Origin: a virus
Strand: one strand, 5' to 3'
Virus record (IMG/VR): IMGVR_UViG_3300034101_006340
Coordinates: 121,115-185,114 of that record
DNA length: 64,000 bases
The translations under genes and the position numbers were made by a program. The notes below the pieces were generated by a model. It was not told the DNA's origin and ran no database searches. It saw nothing but the letters and a program-made list of their open reading frames with translations. The stretch's first letter is position 1. Every line of letters begins with the position of its first letter. Positions 21,501 through 28,758 of the stretch are shown here, piece after piece.

Positions 21501-23685
21501 TTGTGCGGAATGCACCAAAAGCAATCTGGTTCTCTAGTTCTGCTAAACCATATGATCCAAGAGCGATAGAGTTTTTGCCTTTGGCTATAGAACCATAATT
21601 GAGCGCAACAGAATTGATACCACTTGCCGTATTGTAGGATCCAATTGCCGCAGATTCTGTTCCATAAACTTTATTGTGATCTCCTATAGCAATAGAATTT
21701 TCTGACTCAATAATATTAAAAGTACCAGCAGTTAGTGAGGATAAGCTACTGCTGCCAATAGTATTATCCTCTCCAATAACTAAATTGACATCATTAGTTA
21801 TTTCTATGTCTCCGTCAACTCTCTGTTTAATGTTCGATGAAGTAATTTTTCTAGCTGGTGAAACACTATCTGTAAATTTAGGAATATAATTATTTGTTCC
21901 TTCTATATGATCGAATGTTACATTGTTATAAGAAAAACTACCAGTAATATTACTAGCATTTCTGTAATAAGCGCCGTCTCTATCGTCTAAAAGATCTGCA
22001 TTAAGATTGTTGACTTTTATACTATTCCCAGCTAAATCAAAAGGAGGAGAAGACGGCGGGGCTCCATTAGATAAAAATCTGATTTGACCAACAACATCAA
22101 TTCCTTGTAGAAATTTCTTTAGTGCATTGATTGTTTGTTCTTGATTAGTATTGATATAAATCTGATCAGCGATTTCTCTAAATAATACTGTTAACTTATC
22201 TCCTTCTAAATTTTGAGTAATATAAATAGTGCTAGCAGACCCGCCATTGATATCGTCTTGAAAACTATTTCCATTGCCGTCAACATCGCCAACAGCACCA
22301 GAACCATAAATATTGGTTATAAGTCTTAATTGATTTTCTGTTGGGTAATATGCTAAAATACCAGTTTTGTTAGCAACTGTAGCACCATATTGAAACGTAA
22401 ATCCTCGTGGTTCAGACGGTAGTATATTAGGACTATTTAAACCAAATAATGGAAGATTGTCATATAGACTTGTTTCTCCACCAGATACAGCTAATCCACC
22501 AGCAACTGTTAAAAATCCATCCATCCTATCGCTTTCACTAGCTTTTAATGGTCTAAATCCTAGAGAATCTACGATATCGTTATAAGAAGCATAATAAACG
22601 CCATCTATAAGACCTTTAGCGTTTATACGAAATTTGGTTCCGTATTGATCACCAGAAGCGTGTAGGTTTGGTAGTCTGTCTAAAGAAAGAACACCGGTTA
22701 AGTTGGTAGAATCTCTATAGAAACTACCTTGTAAACCATCTAACAAATCTGCATCTAAGCCAGACCCAGATCCATCGTTGCCGGGATGCCATGGAGTATA
22801 TCCTAAAATTGATAAAATATCTAATGCCGTTAATGATAATCCACTAACTACTCTGCCTTTAGAATCAGTAATAACTTTCGTGTATGTTCCAGCAACGCCT
22901 GTTTCCGATAGTGATATAGAATTTTCTTCAACTAAAATATCAGCAGATGCACCTATTTGTAATAGAACAGATCCATTTGGAATAGATAATTGTCCACCAC
23001 CAACTAAACCAGAGCCAGCCTCAATGGTGATACTAGATCCACTAACTACGATAGTACCGGTATTAAGAGGTAATGATGTTAGTTTTGTCCCATTATAATA
23101 TATAAGTTGGTTTAAATTAAATATGTCATTATTAGTTCCACCTTTGCTAATTGGCACCATACCAGAAATAGCACCAAGACTCAGTTCAGCAGTTCTAGCT
23201 ATGGTATTATCTACTACGATTTTATTACTAGAAACCGTTAAGCCTTCTCCAATTTTAATATCCAAAATAGCAGTATTATTATTTACTTGTGTTTTCTGAA
23301 GACCAGTACCAGGAATGATACCTGTAATAGCATTGCTGTTAGCAGAAGCTAGATCTACAATATCTTGGATAGTATAAGACGAACTAGCTAATTTGTTTCC
23401 GTCATATGATATCAAATATCCACTATTAAAACTAGTATTATTAGTGCCTCCGCTAGATACAGGTAAAATACTAAATGTCAAACCATCTTTACCAGCGGGG
23501 CCTGCTGGGCCAACTAATCCTCTTTCTCCTTGCGGTCCTTTTTCGATAGTTACCAAGTCTATGGAACTAGTAGTCAGATCAGATACAATAATATTTGTTG
23601 TTGTTATCGTACCTTCTTCGGTTCGCAAACTTACTAATAAGTAGCGATTTGGTTGAAATTGTTCAGATACTGATACTATGCTCAT
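9544..23685 (-). CDS. Giant (~4,713 aa) fibre/adhesin-like virion protein
   Basis: Single open frame with collagen-like GPQGERGLVGPAGPAGKDG, fibre motifs (GTYTKVITDSKGRV, ADLLDG..G.FY x2), YadA-head-like repeats (SIAIG..N...G.ESAAIG..N.ASG.NSVAL) and a cadherin/CADG domain (LPRWLSFDAINLVLSGTP..CDIGSYSIDIKATD). Start placed at the second Met (23685), which overlaps the upstream TGA. Confidence 0.8.
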   Translation of the reverse strand: MSIVSVSEQFQPNRYLLVSLRTEEGTITTTNIIVSDLTTSSIDLVTIEKGPQGERGLVGPAGPAGKDGLTFSILPVSSGGTNNTSFNSGYLISYDGNKLASSSYTIQDIVDLASANSNAITGIIPGTGLQKTQVNNNTAILDIKIGEGLTVSSNKIVVDNTIARTAELSLGAISGMVPISKGGTNNDIFNLNQLIYYNGTKLTSLPLNTGTIVVSGSSITIEAGSGLVGGGQLSIPNGSVLLQIGASADILVEENSISLSETGVAGTYTKVITDSKGRVVSGLSLTALDILSILGYTPWHPGNDGSGSGLDADLLDGLQGSFYRDSTNLTGVLSLDRLPNLHASGDQYGTKFRINAKGLIDGVYYASYNDIVDSLGFRPLKASESDRMDGFLTVAGGLAVSGGETSLYDNLPLFGLNSPNILPSEPRGFTFQYGATVANKTGILAYYPTENQLRLITNIYGSGAVGDVDGNGNSFQDDINGGSASTIYITQNLEGDKLTVLFREIADQIYINTNQEQTINALKKFLQGIDVVGQIRFLSNGAPPSSPPFDLAGNSIKVNNLNADLLDDRDGAYYRNASNITGSFSYNNVTFDHIEGTNNYIPKFTDSVSPARKITSSNIKQRVDGDIEITNDVNLVIGEDNTIGSSSLSSLTAGTFNIIESENSIAIGDHNKVYGTESAAIGSYNTASGINSVALNYGSIAKGKNSIALGSYGLAELENQIAFGAFRTTTGTTVLEHGQYSTVAAYLKGIETHGSWISLSPVIQLPKEKTIAYNIELLMNKGLSSGVAHFSFTSGIINNATYRDPNNISNIINTTTVPNIGYKTEAYNNSQLRRHVHKWTYQDMSSGKEATKTQYVWAKSPPAQNLSVDLRYLYPYYFYTPENVAITGVFEKSHDGSLVLDIHRPRYYESFTQHPLNNTFVIQTQKPHQAVAGAMLECQFSSASMYLPPSGRYIVQGAPNSNSVAVTAPKWMAVKYGLPSGAKLVVNAPSGYDKFFNTNIPAAIQGTSIQYNSAYLVNQYGYALHTFIKPNMTIKIQYKDFSNNIYNYRRVITSITSSTININAPIKTIDINPTIISGPVSITIDDFSAHLFKSCNKLWVDGEALNILGAQTRTSPIFNTGENIVFVNDGGAGDINNPLAASLIGLQNSGFVYEPDAYGDSSFSITTATRIDRLIDGQSIEIAPLFTNNSGNVDIYARTDLACNYSSVLSDINVHTGVYVRYNIDNYQSIRLFDTNYQPLDFISAPMNYELVNGSFSEFNNKFRITRDKNRYFLYTNEALDYENNNIIPIRVRCTPQNINFSSFYEQVLYVYVQNLNEIPKVNIVLEPTGIPIDNVFVYSLPGNMFVEPDSGVLQYSANIKGGHPLPRWLSFDAINLVLSGTPDQCDIGSYSIDIKATDASGLYAFNNLIIEVSGNPVITSNVLASGISEILKINSIQLAKNTVLENSKDTLVGELLVNGGYNPYIFFGSASNSVSGIFMKGSDLFRHAQPTTKTFSNIVTLSGAPQLFGIGTNVFARSLPISDPSIGLSGNTKVTKTYRPTVLSGTPISGNLFIFDNIYIPYRDFAVFTGQYLGEQNLSECFGTNLRAKEISDFSIILGRGLIQEAKGLVLTENNDALDHEYSIPQLSFKVEQEGTIDDLKIEDDLSYLAYKDNTQKSVAWSKKISYSKLFDEKLENTLSSEVDTLIGDNESNFEYITHPVTLIDVFFTTENNYSIVTENKEKINGIIVDERVWFSTYPFRIRRNLRENIELLPTGIVYNPLRVVNPPTDDDNEGLFVSNIDYARSDLLHAYDSWTFLEHINNPILYVNGIGSNDTTQLITDDRNYTGYFYNSSPFEYAILSTEDNFGLIPETEKLNGSRIELSNRYELLDTTKIYPNNGKIFAELLEEELLCENNDRLVHDYAILAHSGSAYILFPGTINQIVLKYPTVYSYTATEVNNGSLGYYEDNLENRPTGLSFTEPDFYYSWGKLVPYYAYTNEYAIRLSNIYDRASTSGLLVYTGIAPADDNYFPEESLYNSVGLSSGDCPVNIPNSIINGMVVHDDLVGSQYVTGVATFYTSFAANDITITSNKDFNKDLRINDYVYLYEALSNQANALFPRTDTYTDVLSSTSNTIKVRNLFLYPSNRVVTHTGSIRLNLDRNHEQIIKSPDYVNRLPIKFNSVYNTNSARLPKNYLFDIIGVSGQKVVSSDNARYLLKSDEYLDSIVSGTYMTNGFKFFGSLFHDHEIIYDVRKLDKEFSSTYTNITFEYRKDTKILSLNLPTGIVSIFDNIRLSNFQPLSPSMIWDHNATYNTGFKVFKENLSIRNIDDVPDKDFVLLERSAAVLQPENKERLSFITDIFAASSSGTCYLDVNLTNRLDRGFILNYNDNLSKTTGHQYLDYNSGYSFTGIIPRYHKIISTTGTLNDTRIGYASIFNSGNQQWSSGIRTVRRAEPTDIGYVDFYHIYSTGFTNHINNIPYLNMKGVGSPERWYITDIISTSGSNKMLQFLYLGHNTNTIKIFGGIQTSSEDSGFSITKITYSQQTLIDKLADLGVVSGVTPIFTTGTNGLSGNLDITIPVTRFDTITIELNGNTTSNFNYLQLNTYVENTVNTPGLLLDSAIPIFTDKLYYPRNNQPLSNSFYILPSISTSTKYCNTNKPYNKNNTIYYNGNLIVIDNLSSVKSYCLENEQLRIKDLNRMPVSSGYARFIQKINPVNQLYSITGISLDGSLSIPSSIYDYQYASLRENTVRHLLPFGTGTGFLPNIGTISFIPHYSGTFDLINYNNIYLQSYGGYTARWPQDVDAVISNSPLTGVYAVFADEKICNSNKLCVTITPYLGSSFASLNSNDSYYFDFDSVASSISTTYRITDFINSNKISISPNYNSSLVGSSGLVYIIPSKYNIKTHLYPNIDNTFITQSLAVGLNTQLVQNSINYFDSSTKKWTHLFHLVKNIPIYSGYALQFNNDTTNIIYNNKDKIGITNLSIYNNTGMLFDNIGENFTIYSDSLGETIRISTSGGSPMLVTPASVNIPKIYISGLASYRTLTNASPLLYGYRAGSGWDIGVEIIPMNKTGVYPLTIIARDETGDSYKTVNMIIKDKKSVNTTYPTGYFTTSDTEWFLNFDTTGLDLLNDFPGNQGITLFGTPNDFSYDIDIRDASTISVQGYRLAGGGGSTIPFSTGIWNPVIRFADFYTSETIAVGTGTIKILSSLNDRPPFVPTLNKVKTDYYVDISQLQNISFYIPVYEQVANPSTFFSAPGINTTTSISWDGDTNRYIATVIPKNTGDSSYLSETKYIAGGQFSYNVNQYLYVDGSPSTVNYSSSTYNFNLTFYRPMMVSYYYNSSSSGIFSLDQPWTYEFALQEGVIKHRPDKPPRVKLYNTPSIGDNSNIDLSYKVRYRYNENGNYWIVLLEGKPDIYGRYAANTGTYNIKFTADDQIASSITGSFNITYKHTKSINYIQSNIYTTPNNEFFINADIVDKASGNKASNQITFAGNNSLFISPNQASMQFDSNLNIWEFYATGNKLIDKWDARLIVDTNSQYPSLTLQCKGIADDKITAVAKVNLLELQNNNLDIVEGLPIKITGINNGNQNTPFTPESGLIVQQGEKWQLNFKTIFGLQSPQNPPSIFLSGTPTVCSGYDPRLDPLYNTDLPPNSQLHKCIATQPLFNTADKSWNFSFSGDPSCLLSGELDFSIIAIDTNLANNPIYIEPSDSIQSVFTYIPTTQDHPVPNIVQGSAPEFNIKTAIKPGCDSYFNVYKFGPANRSVCPIPTGLSGIITSGSLPTGLTYSIQYSGPEGNLFNAPHYDNVNSGVLTIQGSVSYYPPSGSSEYPDKFYLTIIDARGKKKTQEIIFGTSVTPMAPNIYMTLYFENADPIFTPSTGNDKITMGGITVKQPEASVLEMTCYSTIPFSPHCAKFPVMYSGADSTSTDFLVLHPVASHSAQYTNIQNNSFIYFNMLELNNNDGNYYVKKATSLTGLPNHVPLNSFYIKSNESISSPHTGIAEIVISTPVVKAIADLATVFNVGDVTLSTEGCVLGNGRVAADLQGRYGIYGFVSPSFSGYIPTGGYFASSDTFGTGLRYNVVDDTSRLAEIKYTTCPETGFVRFSGVSLPPIYIEITDPPPLANRSYGDDGTTFSLNSRLAYGDSIIERNKPQNERAGTAYYTVTNLVSNSTIQSGSVSVAIQNSAPIRLTSSTLAQSANNKGATFRIDYSCAGGAFPTFDPNTNPTATPSIYSWVHKAGLLGDIPTENSFPAVTISYPDTFNIYSGELINYNSLNGQYGIRGLALGGYIPTDICIGGLCPDGYTNYPYLLSISGNNGSIWSSSSYLPSISGIILNSVVSRKFNNSGNIPDFTKTAGYYSAPTSLVVRNDWIASINSSPGQTDIYEVFDVNNLVEVTVTYTPPFQPTQILDVFITGLTSGNFDLGGLSVPNMGTRPIVFSKNYGSQSLNLDIDLKPVTRITNIDLSGNLIYIRHNNLSMTEATTNIILDKITSQYSDRFSSVFYTMEDKATILSVNSISNTGLVLIAGGGSTPSGIYRGFSTNDSIKIHSTIEDNIKIMPANIDSNTEGNFDFLISGRPNILYGQYNYRVITRENPLAPIFVLGWRPKAFYKDCIMNVGKPLSIVSSTVSWGQSSNSWTVTLNIDGGVYPALSQRMKVKIDRTGLGNWTYCGFNRFQPNTNKDTYNSTTGLTTITLSSSNGANWGPGIISSFDILVYDDSGSDTITINRQA

Positions 23686-24122
23686 GTTACACAGTTTCCA
23701 CAATCATCTTGTAAATCCGTATCGCATTGAAATGCGTCTGTGTCAGGTACATTACGTGGTACTAGACCTATTCCACCTTGTAAAATTCTAAATACTTTTC
23801 TGCCGCCACCAGAATATAAGTCATTGGGTTCTTGTAATTCTAGATCATATCTTGCAGAGCCGAACGTATAGTTTAAGGTTTCGGAAGCAGGGATTTTTAG
23901 AACAATTTTACCTAATAATGGATCTATAGTAAATTCATATTGAGAATTTCTTGTATTAGTGACAAATGTTCGAACGGTTGGAGAAGTCTGGTCCTCTATC
24001 CATCTTAATCTAGCACACCAATTCGTTAAATTAATTGGAAGTTGATTATCGTCTTTATATTCGAAAGCAATAACAAAAGCGGTTCCCTTTTCTATAGAAA
24101 AATTGTACTCTGCTGCTGGCAT
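23682..24122 (-). CDS. Small virion adaptor-like protein (paralogue of 41083..41484)
   Basis: MPAAEYNFSIEKG...PINLTNWCARL...GKIVL...ARYDLELQ is nearly identical in motif to the 41083 ORF. Confidence 0.6.
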   Translation of the reverse strand: MPAAEYNFSIEKGTAFVIAFEYKDDNQLPINLTNWCARLRWIEDQTSPTVRTFVTNTRNSQYEFTIDPLLGKIVLKIPASETLNYTFGSARYDLELQEPNDLYSGGGRKVFRILQGGIGLVPRNVPDTDAFQCDTDLQDDCGNCVT

Positions 24123-24147
24123 AATATAATCCTCATTTTATAAATCT

Positions 24148-24666
24148 CTATGAATAAAAATATCGTGATCTATCACTATATGTTTGCAAATATCTTGCAT
24201 CAAATTTATTGCCAACAAATGGGCTAAGTACAGCGCGAATAGCTGTTGCTTCTTTAACATCCCAATGGGAAGTTAATTCGTCGTATGCTGCGCATGGTCC
24301 TTGTTCTATAATAAGTTTTAAACCAGCAAGGCTTCCTCCAACACTTAAACTGGCTGGTCCTAGAGCTGCTCTAATGCCTTCAAGTGCAGCCTTTGTGCGC
24401 AAACTACTTTGATCAAATAAACAAGCGGACTTCAGCGATACTAGGCTAATAAAAATATCGTCATTATTTGATGTTGGATCAGGAGTGATGGATGGTGTTG
24501 TGACATCTATGGTATACTTGGTGTCTAAATTAATATCAAATTGAACATATTTTGCCGCTACGGCTATTGCTTGAAGCATTCTTTCATCAGAATAAGTCTG
24601 ATTTGCTTCATCAACATCGTTGATAAGGGTTCGTACTATGATAGGAAGCTCTATTTGCCATGACAT
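24148..24666 (-). CDS. Putative head-tail connector/adaptor
   Basis: 172-aa helical protein (VRTLINDVD...YSDERM) in the structural cluster. Resemblance to gp6/gp15-like adaptors is inference. Confidence 0.45.
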   Translation of the reverse strand: MSWQIELPIIVRTLINDVDEANQTYSDERMLQAIAVAAKYVQFDINLDTKYTIDVTTPSITPDPTSNNDDIFISLVSLKSACLFDQSSLRTKAALEGIRAALGPASLSVGGSLAGLKLIIEQGPCAAYDELTSHWDVKEATAIRAVLSPFVGNKFDARYLQTYSDRSRYFYS

Positions 24667-24697
24667 ATTTTGACCCCTAATAAATAGTGATATTATT

Positions 24698-24714
24698 TAC
24701 TATAATATACACCC
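24698..24714 (-). promoter_or_regulatory. Candidate late-promoter motif GGGTGTATATTATAGTA
   Basis: Intergenic, ~30 nt upstream of the ATG at 24666. Confidence 0.5.
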
Positions 24715-24732
24715 AATAGGGGAATAGATTTA

Positions 24733-25296
24733 TTATTTGAGGGCTAAAACCCTTTTAGATTGTCTTATTGCCCTTTTAATAACCAAAATAGCTACTGATT
24801 CTATAAATGGAATTTTCCTTTTAGAGCTTTCTTCTTTGAGCCAGCCAACAATGGTAGAGATGTTTTGCTCGCACCAATCTATGCCTCTATCATTCATTTC
24901 TAGGGCGTGTCTTTTGCAAGAGCATGTTGGGCTGCTTTTTATCCCTAAAGAAGCTATCATTTTCGATAAAATAGTTCCTGGTCCATTTGGGTTTTCCTCA
25001 AGAGTTTTTGGGAATAGAGACCGGAGTGTAGATCCTATATCCGATCCAAGTTTTTCTCTTAATTTATTTTCTATCTGTTGCTGAGTATAGTCTCCGATAA
25101 TATCATACTCATCTTTATCAATTAATAATAATCTTCCAGGAATATGTTGAATTTGAGCGTATACTGTTTTAGATGATGGATTATCAATATAGAATATGTT
25201 CAAACTTTTGAGCCTAATAAGATCAGGCTGAACAATTTTATTGTTTGAATCTGTAAATGGTGGGGGCTGTATTACTATATCTTGATCTAGTTGCAT
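24733..25296 (-). CDS. Hypothetical protein with Cys cluster (CSCKRHA...WCEQN)
   Basis: Start moved to MQLDQD (25296), which has a GGAG RBS. The longer track ORF runs through the divergent promoter region. Confidence 0.6.
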   Translation of the reverse strand: MQLDQDIVIQPPPFTDSNNKIVQPDLIRLKSLNIFYIDNPSSKTVYAQIQHIPGRLLLIDKDEYDIIGDYTQQQIENKLREKLGSDIGSTLRSLFPKTLEENPNGPGTILSKMIASLGIKSSPTCSCKRHALEMNDRGIDWCEQNISTIVGWLKEESSKRKIPFIESVAILVIKRAIRQSKRVLALK

Positions 25297-25359
25297 TGCT
25301 GTCTCCTGTGTATAGACTATAATATATAGTAATACAAAATAAAAGACGAGCAACTTTAT

Positions 25360-26961
25360 ATGATCAGATCCTGGGACTGTTTTGATACATTAATTAGTAG
25401 ATATTATCACTATCCTTTATCAATCTTTCGTTTAATTCAAGAACAAACAAAAGATGATAATTTTATCACAAAAAGAATAAATGCAGAAAAAATATCTGAG
25501 AAAAAAACTCTAGAAGATATATATAAAAACTTACCAGAACACGATATGGATTTGGAATTAGAATTAGAAAAACAATATAGTTATCCAATTTTAGAAAATT
25601 TTAATAAGATACAAGATGGTGATATAGTTGTTTCCGACATGTATCTTTCTAGCGAACAAATTCTAAATATTTTACGTTATCATGGTTTAAGTAAAGATAT
25701 CACGGTCTATTCAACATACGGTAAAAAGGCTAACGGGTCCATATGGCACGACTTAAAACAAAAACATAATATAGCATATCATACTGGAGATAATTTACAT
25801 TCAGATATAAAACAAGCCAGAGTTAATAATCTCAATAGTATGTATTATGGCGGATCATTTTTAACAAATCAAGAAAAGCTAATTGAAAGATATAGTCCTT
25901 ATTTAGCATATTGGATAAAGTATATCAGATTAAATAACCCGTACTTTGTACCATACCAAAAGATTTTATTTGATAACGGATCAATTTCTTATTATTATGG
26001 TTTATTTTGGATTAAAGAACACAAAGGCGAAGTTTCTATCTTAGAACAAATTAATCAAAATAATAAGCACATTGTTTTAAGAAATAAATTTAATAATGAG
26101 ACTATAATTCTATATAAAGATATTGATCAAATAACTATACTCGATGAGTCTACTAATAGTAGTAAGGATTTAGTGTCAGCCTGGCAAGAACAGCCTGTTA
26201 ACACAAATAGATTTGATGAAAATATATTATGGACAGAACAATGTTCGTATAATATTCCATTATTAATTAATAGTAGTTATTTGTTGCCTAAAAAAATAGT
26301 ATTCTCTTATAGAGATTGTTATTATTGGAAAAAAATATATGATAGCATATTTGACACTAATGTAGATATTTTGGAGTCTTGTAGAAATTCTTACTATTAT
26401 CCATATAGTCAAGAATATATAAACTATGTTCTACAAATCACCAAAGAAAAAACGATTGTAGATCTACATGGTACAGGATACAGTTCGGGACATTTTTTCT
26501 CGAATCAAAAAAGAGAGCAAAACATACTATTTATATCAGAACACAGCGATAATGTAAATAAAAATATATCAATCAAAAATTTAACTATGTGTTTTGACAG
26601 AATTTTTAATGAAGATCCTGCCTCAACAAGATTTAATCATACTAGAACGGCATCCAAAAATGGTTTGAGGTGTTGTAGTGGAACGGTGTTAGAAAAATTC
26701 AATATCCCACCAAAATTGGGACAAATGGTTGGTTGGGACGATAAATGTATTAGGAAAAAATCAGAACATAATCAAGACATATGTAATATTTTTGACAATG
26801 CAGTAGCGTGTGCTGTTAACAAATCCAAGGCGTATAATTTATATATAAATGGTATAGAGGATTTAACAGAAGTTTTGCTTAAGAGGATGAATGGGGATAA
26901 TTACACAAATACTGTTATTCATTCGTTATGGGATCCAATTAAAAATATAAAACTAAAATGA
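25360..26961 (+). CDS. HAD-superfamily hydrolase (capsular-polysaccharide-locus type)
   Basis: Motif I WDCFDTL, motif II VVSDMYL, motif IV HTGDNLHSD. Confidence 0.75.
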   Translation: MIRSWDCFDTLISRYYHYPLSIFRLIQEQTKDDNFITKRINAEKISEKKTLEDIYKNLPEHDMDLELELEKQYSYPILENFNKIQDGDIVVSDMYLSSEQILNILRYHGLSKDITVYSTYGKKANGSIWHDLKQKHNIAYHTGDNLHSDIKQARVNNLNSMYYGGSFLTNQEKLIERYSPYLAYWIKYIRLNNPYFVPYQKILFDNGSISYYYGLFWIKEHKGEVSILEQINQNNKHIVLRNKFNNETIILYKDIDQITILDESTNSSKDLVSAWQEQPVNTNRFDENILWTEQCSYNIPLLINSSYLLPKKIVFSYRDCYYWKKIYDSIFDTNVDILESCRNSYYYPYSQEYINYVLQITKEKTIVDLHGTGYSSGHFFSNQKREQNILFISEHSDNVNKNISIKNLTMCFDRIFNEDPASTRFNHTRTASKNGLRCCSGTVLEKFNIPPKLGQMVGWDDKCIRKKSEHNQDICNIFDNAVACAVNKSKAYNLYINGIEDLTEVLLKRMNGDNYTNTVIHSLWDPIKNIKLK

Positions 26962-27539
26962 TATTATTATACGATAAAGAAACGGCTATTATTACATTAC
27001 CAAAAACTGGTAGCACCTCTTTATTTGAAACATTGTGTCGCATTCCGTATAGTGGTGTTTTTTGCATCGGGCCTAGTGGGGATGACCCCAACTACTATGA
27101 TCATCATTCCGTAATATTACCACAAGCACCTTTTGAATGGAGAGTTTTGATAGTAGTTAGGAATCCTCTTCAAAGGTTTGTGAGCTTATGGGGACACCTG
27201 GCCAAAGAAATGGTGTTAAATATGGAAAGTCCGCCAACCGTCGGAGAATTTGTGGATATTATTAGTAATAATGATCATGATTTTTATTTTTATCAATGGA
27301 ATCAGACTAAAATTTTAGAAAAAGCTAATTATAAATATTCTATAATAAAAAGTGAACATATGGAAGAAGAGTTGTTAGAAAAAGAAATTTTACATAATAA
27401 AGGAGACCTTCTTAATCTAAATGTTTTTAATATTACTCAAAAGAGTAAACCATATGATCAGATACTCGATAAAAAAATGATAGAAAAATTAAGATGGTGG
27501 TGGGAGCCTGATGCTATTAAATTTGAGTATGAGATCTAA
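26958..27539 (+). CDS. Sulfotransferase family (Sulfotransfer_2-like)
   Basis: 5'-PSB motif IITLPKTGSTSL and 3'-PB motif VRNPLQRFVSLW. Confidence 0.75.
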   Translation: MILLYDKETAIITLPKTGSTSLFETLCRIPYSGVFCIGPSGDDPNYYDHHSVILPQAPFEWRVLIVVRNPLQRFVSLWGHLAKEMVLNMESPPTVGEFVDIISNNDHDFYFYQWNQTKILEKANYKYSIIKSEHMEEELLEKEILHNKGDLLNLNVFNITQKSKPYDQILDKKMIEKLRWWWEPDAIKFEYEI

Positions 27540-28757
27540 CTAGCTAAAAACTAGCTGATCCCCATTTCCAGGAACAAATTCAAAAGTTTTATCGTCATAG
27601 ACATATATCCATCCAAATACAGCAGTAGGACAGTTAAAAGCACCGGCCGCAATAGGATCTGTAATAGAACTAGGGACACCACCAAAGACTACGCTAACAG
27701 ATATGCTTTTTCCAGAAAGAGACGCTTCATACCAGTGTGCACCAATTCCTATAGTAAGATATTTCCGTCCATCAGCAGCTGTTAATCCATAGCCATCACA
27801 TAAGGCTTTACCCGCTTGGACAATAGCTTGGTTATTATTAATTTTGGTGATGTAATTGGTATTGGAGGGTGGACAAAAACCATTCCCTAGATAATTACCA
27901 ACAGCGGCTATAGACCAACCCAGATTTAAGCCAAAACTAGGCTCTGTGGCTGTGTTGCCTAAATTATCAATATTGATGGTTAAAATTGAATCACATAGTG
28001 GCGTAGTGTCTTGTTCTGACTCGATTACTATACAGCTTTGTACTGTTGGTTTCTCGATTGTTGTGATAACGGCTGTATTTATTAATGATCCAGCTATTGG
28101 TTTAGTTTTACACCAATTACATTGTTGTATATCATCAACACATGGCGCATTGCTGCATTTACTAACTAAGGTGTCTTTAAGATTTTTATACAAAATAATT
28201 TTTTCTAAATATGTTTTAAAGACTATTATTAAATCAGCGTATGATAATGTATATATATTACCATTCTTATCGTTAAATAAAGGCATGGGGGCATCATTGT
28301 CATCATCGTACAACGCCTGAGCGTACGATAGAATACTCTTATATGACATTTGATCAGCTATAGATGACCCTAATATTGCATTTTGATTATTAATATTAAC
28401 TAGTATACCATCTTCTATGGTGGCATTGTATGATGCATTAATTAAATTGATTTGCGCATCTTTAAAAGTTTGCAGCGGCGGGTCACTAATGGTTCCACTA
28501 GCAATATATCGATAAATTAAATAACACTCCCATTCGGTAGTATCTTCATTGTCATCATTAATATTACAAGTAGGGACGGGATTGTTAGACAATTCATTAA
28601 TAATCTTAGTTTGTCCTGTAGTTTTATCTGTGCGAAGTACAGAAGCATTTTCTGATTTGTTGGTAATAATACTCGTCCCGCTCTGTATTACATCAATAAA
28701 TGCATAAGAGTATTTATTAGAACAAAAATCATTAATATTAGTATAATTACATATCAT
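27540..28757 (-). CDS. Paralogue 3 of a tandem trio (DUF4376-like core, variable C-terminus)
   Basis: Starts MICNYTNINDFCSNKY, shares WECY and D.NGN.Y.L.Y motifs with the two upstream genes. Start set at 28757, next to the upstream stop. Confidence 0.65.
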   Translation of the reverse strand: MICNYTNINDFCSNKYSYAFIDVIQSGTSIITNKSENASVLRTDKTTGQTKIINELSNNPVPTCNINDDNEDTTEWECYLIYRYIASGTISDPPLQTFKDAQINLINASYNATIEDGILVNINNQNAILGSSIADQMSYKSILSYAQALYDDDNDAPMPLFNDKNGNIYTLSYADLIIVFKTYLEKIILYKNLKDTLVSKCSNAPCVDDIQQCNWCKTKPIAGSLINTAVITTIEKPTVQSCIVIESEQDTTPLCDSILTINIDNLGNTATEPSFGLNLGWSIAAVGNYLGNGFCPPSNTNYITKINNNQAIVQAGKALCDGYGLTAADGRKYLTIGIGAHWYEASLSGKSISVSVVFGGVPSSITDPIAAGAFNCPTAVFGWIYVYDDKTFEFVPGNGDQLVFS

Positions 28758-28758
28758 A

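Noticed and set aside
9544-23703. Tape measure protein call for the giant ORF
   Set aside because: The sequence is beta-rich (Ser/Thr/Gly/Asn/Tyr) with adhesin domains, not the Ala/Leu-rich helical repeats of tape measure proteins.
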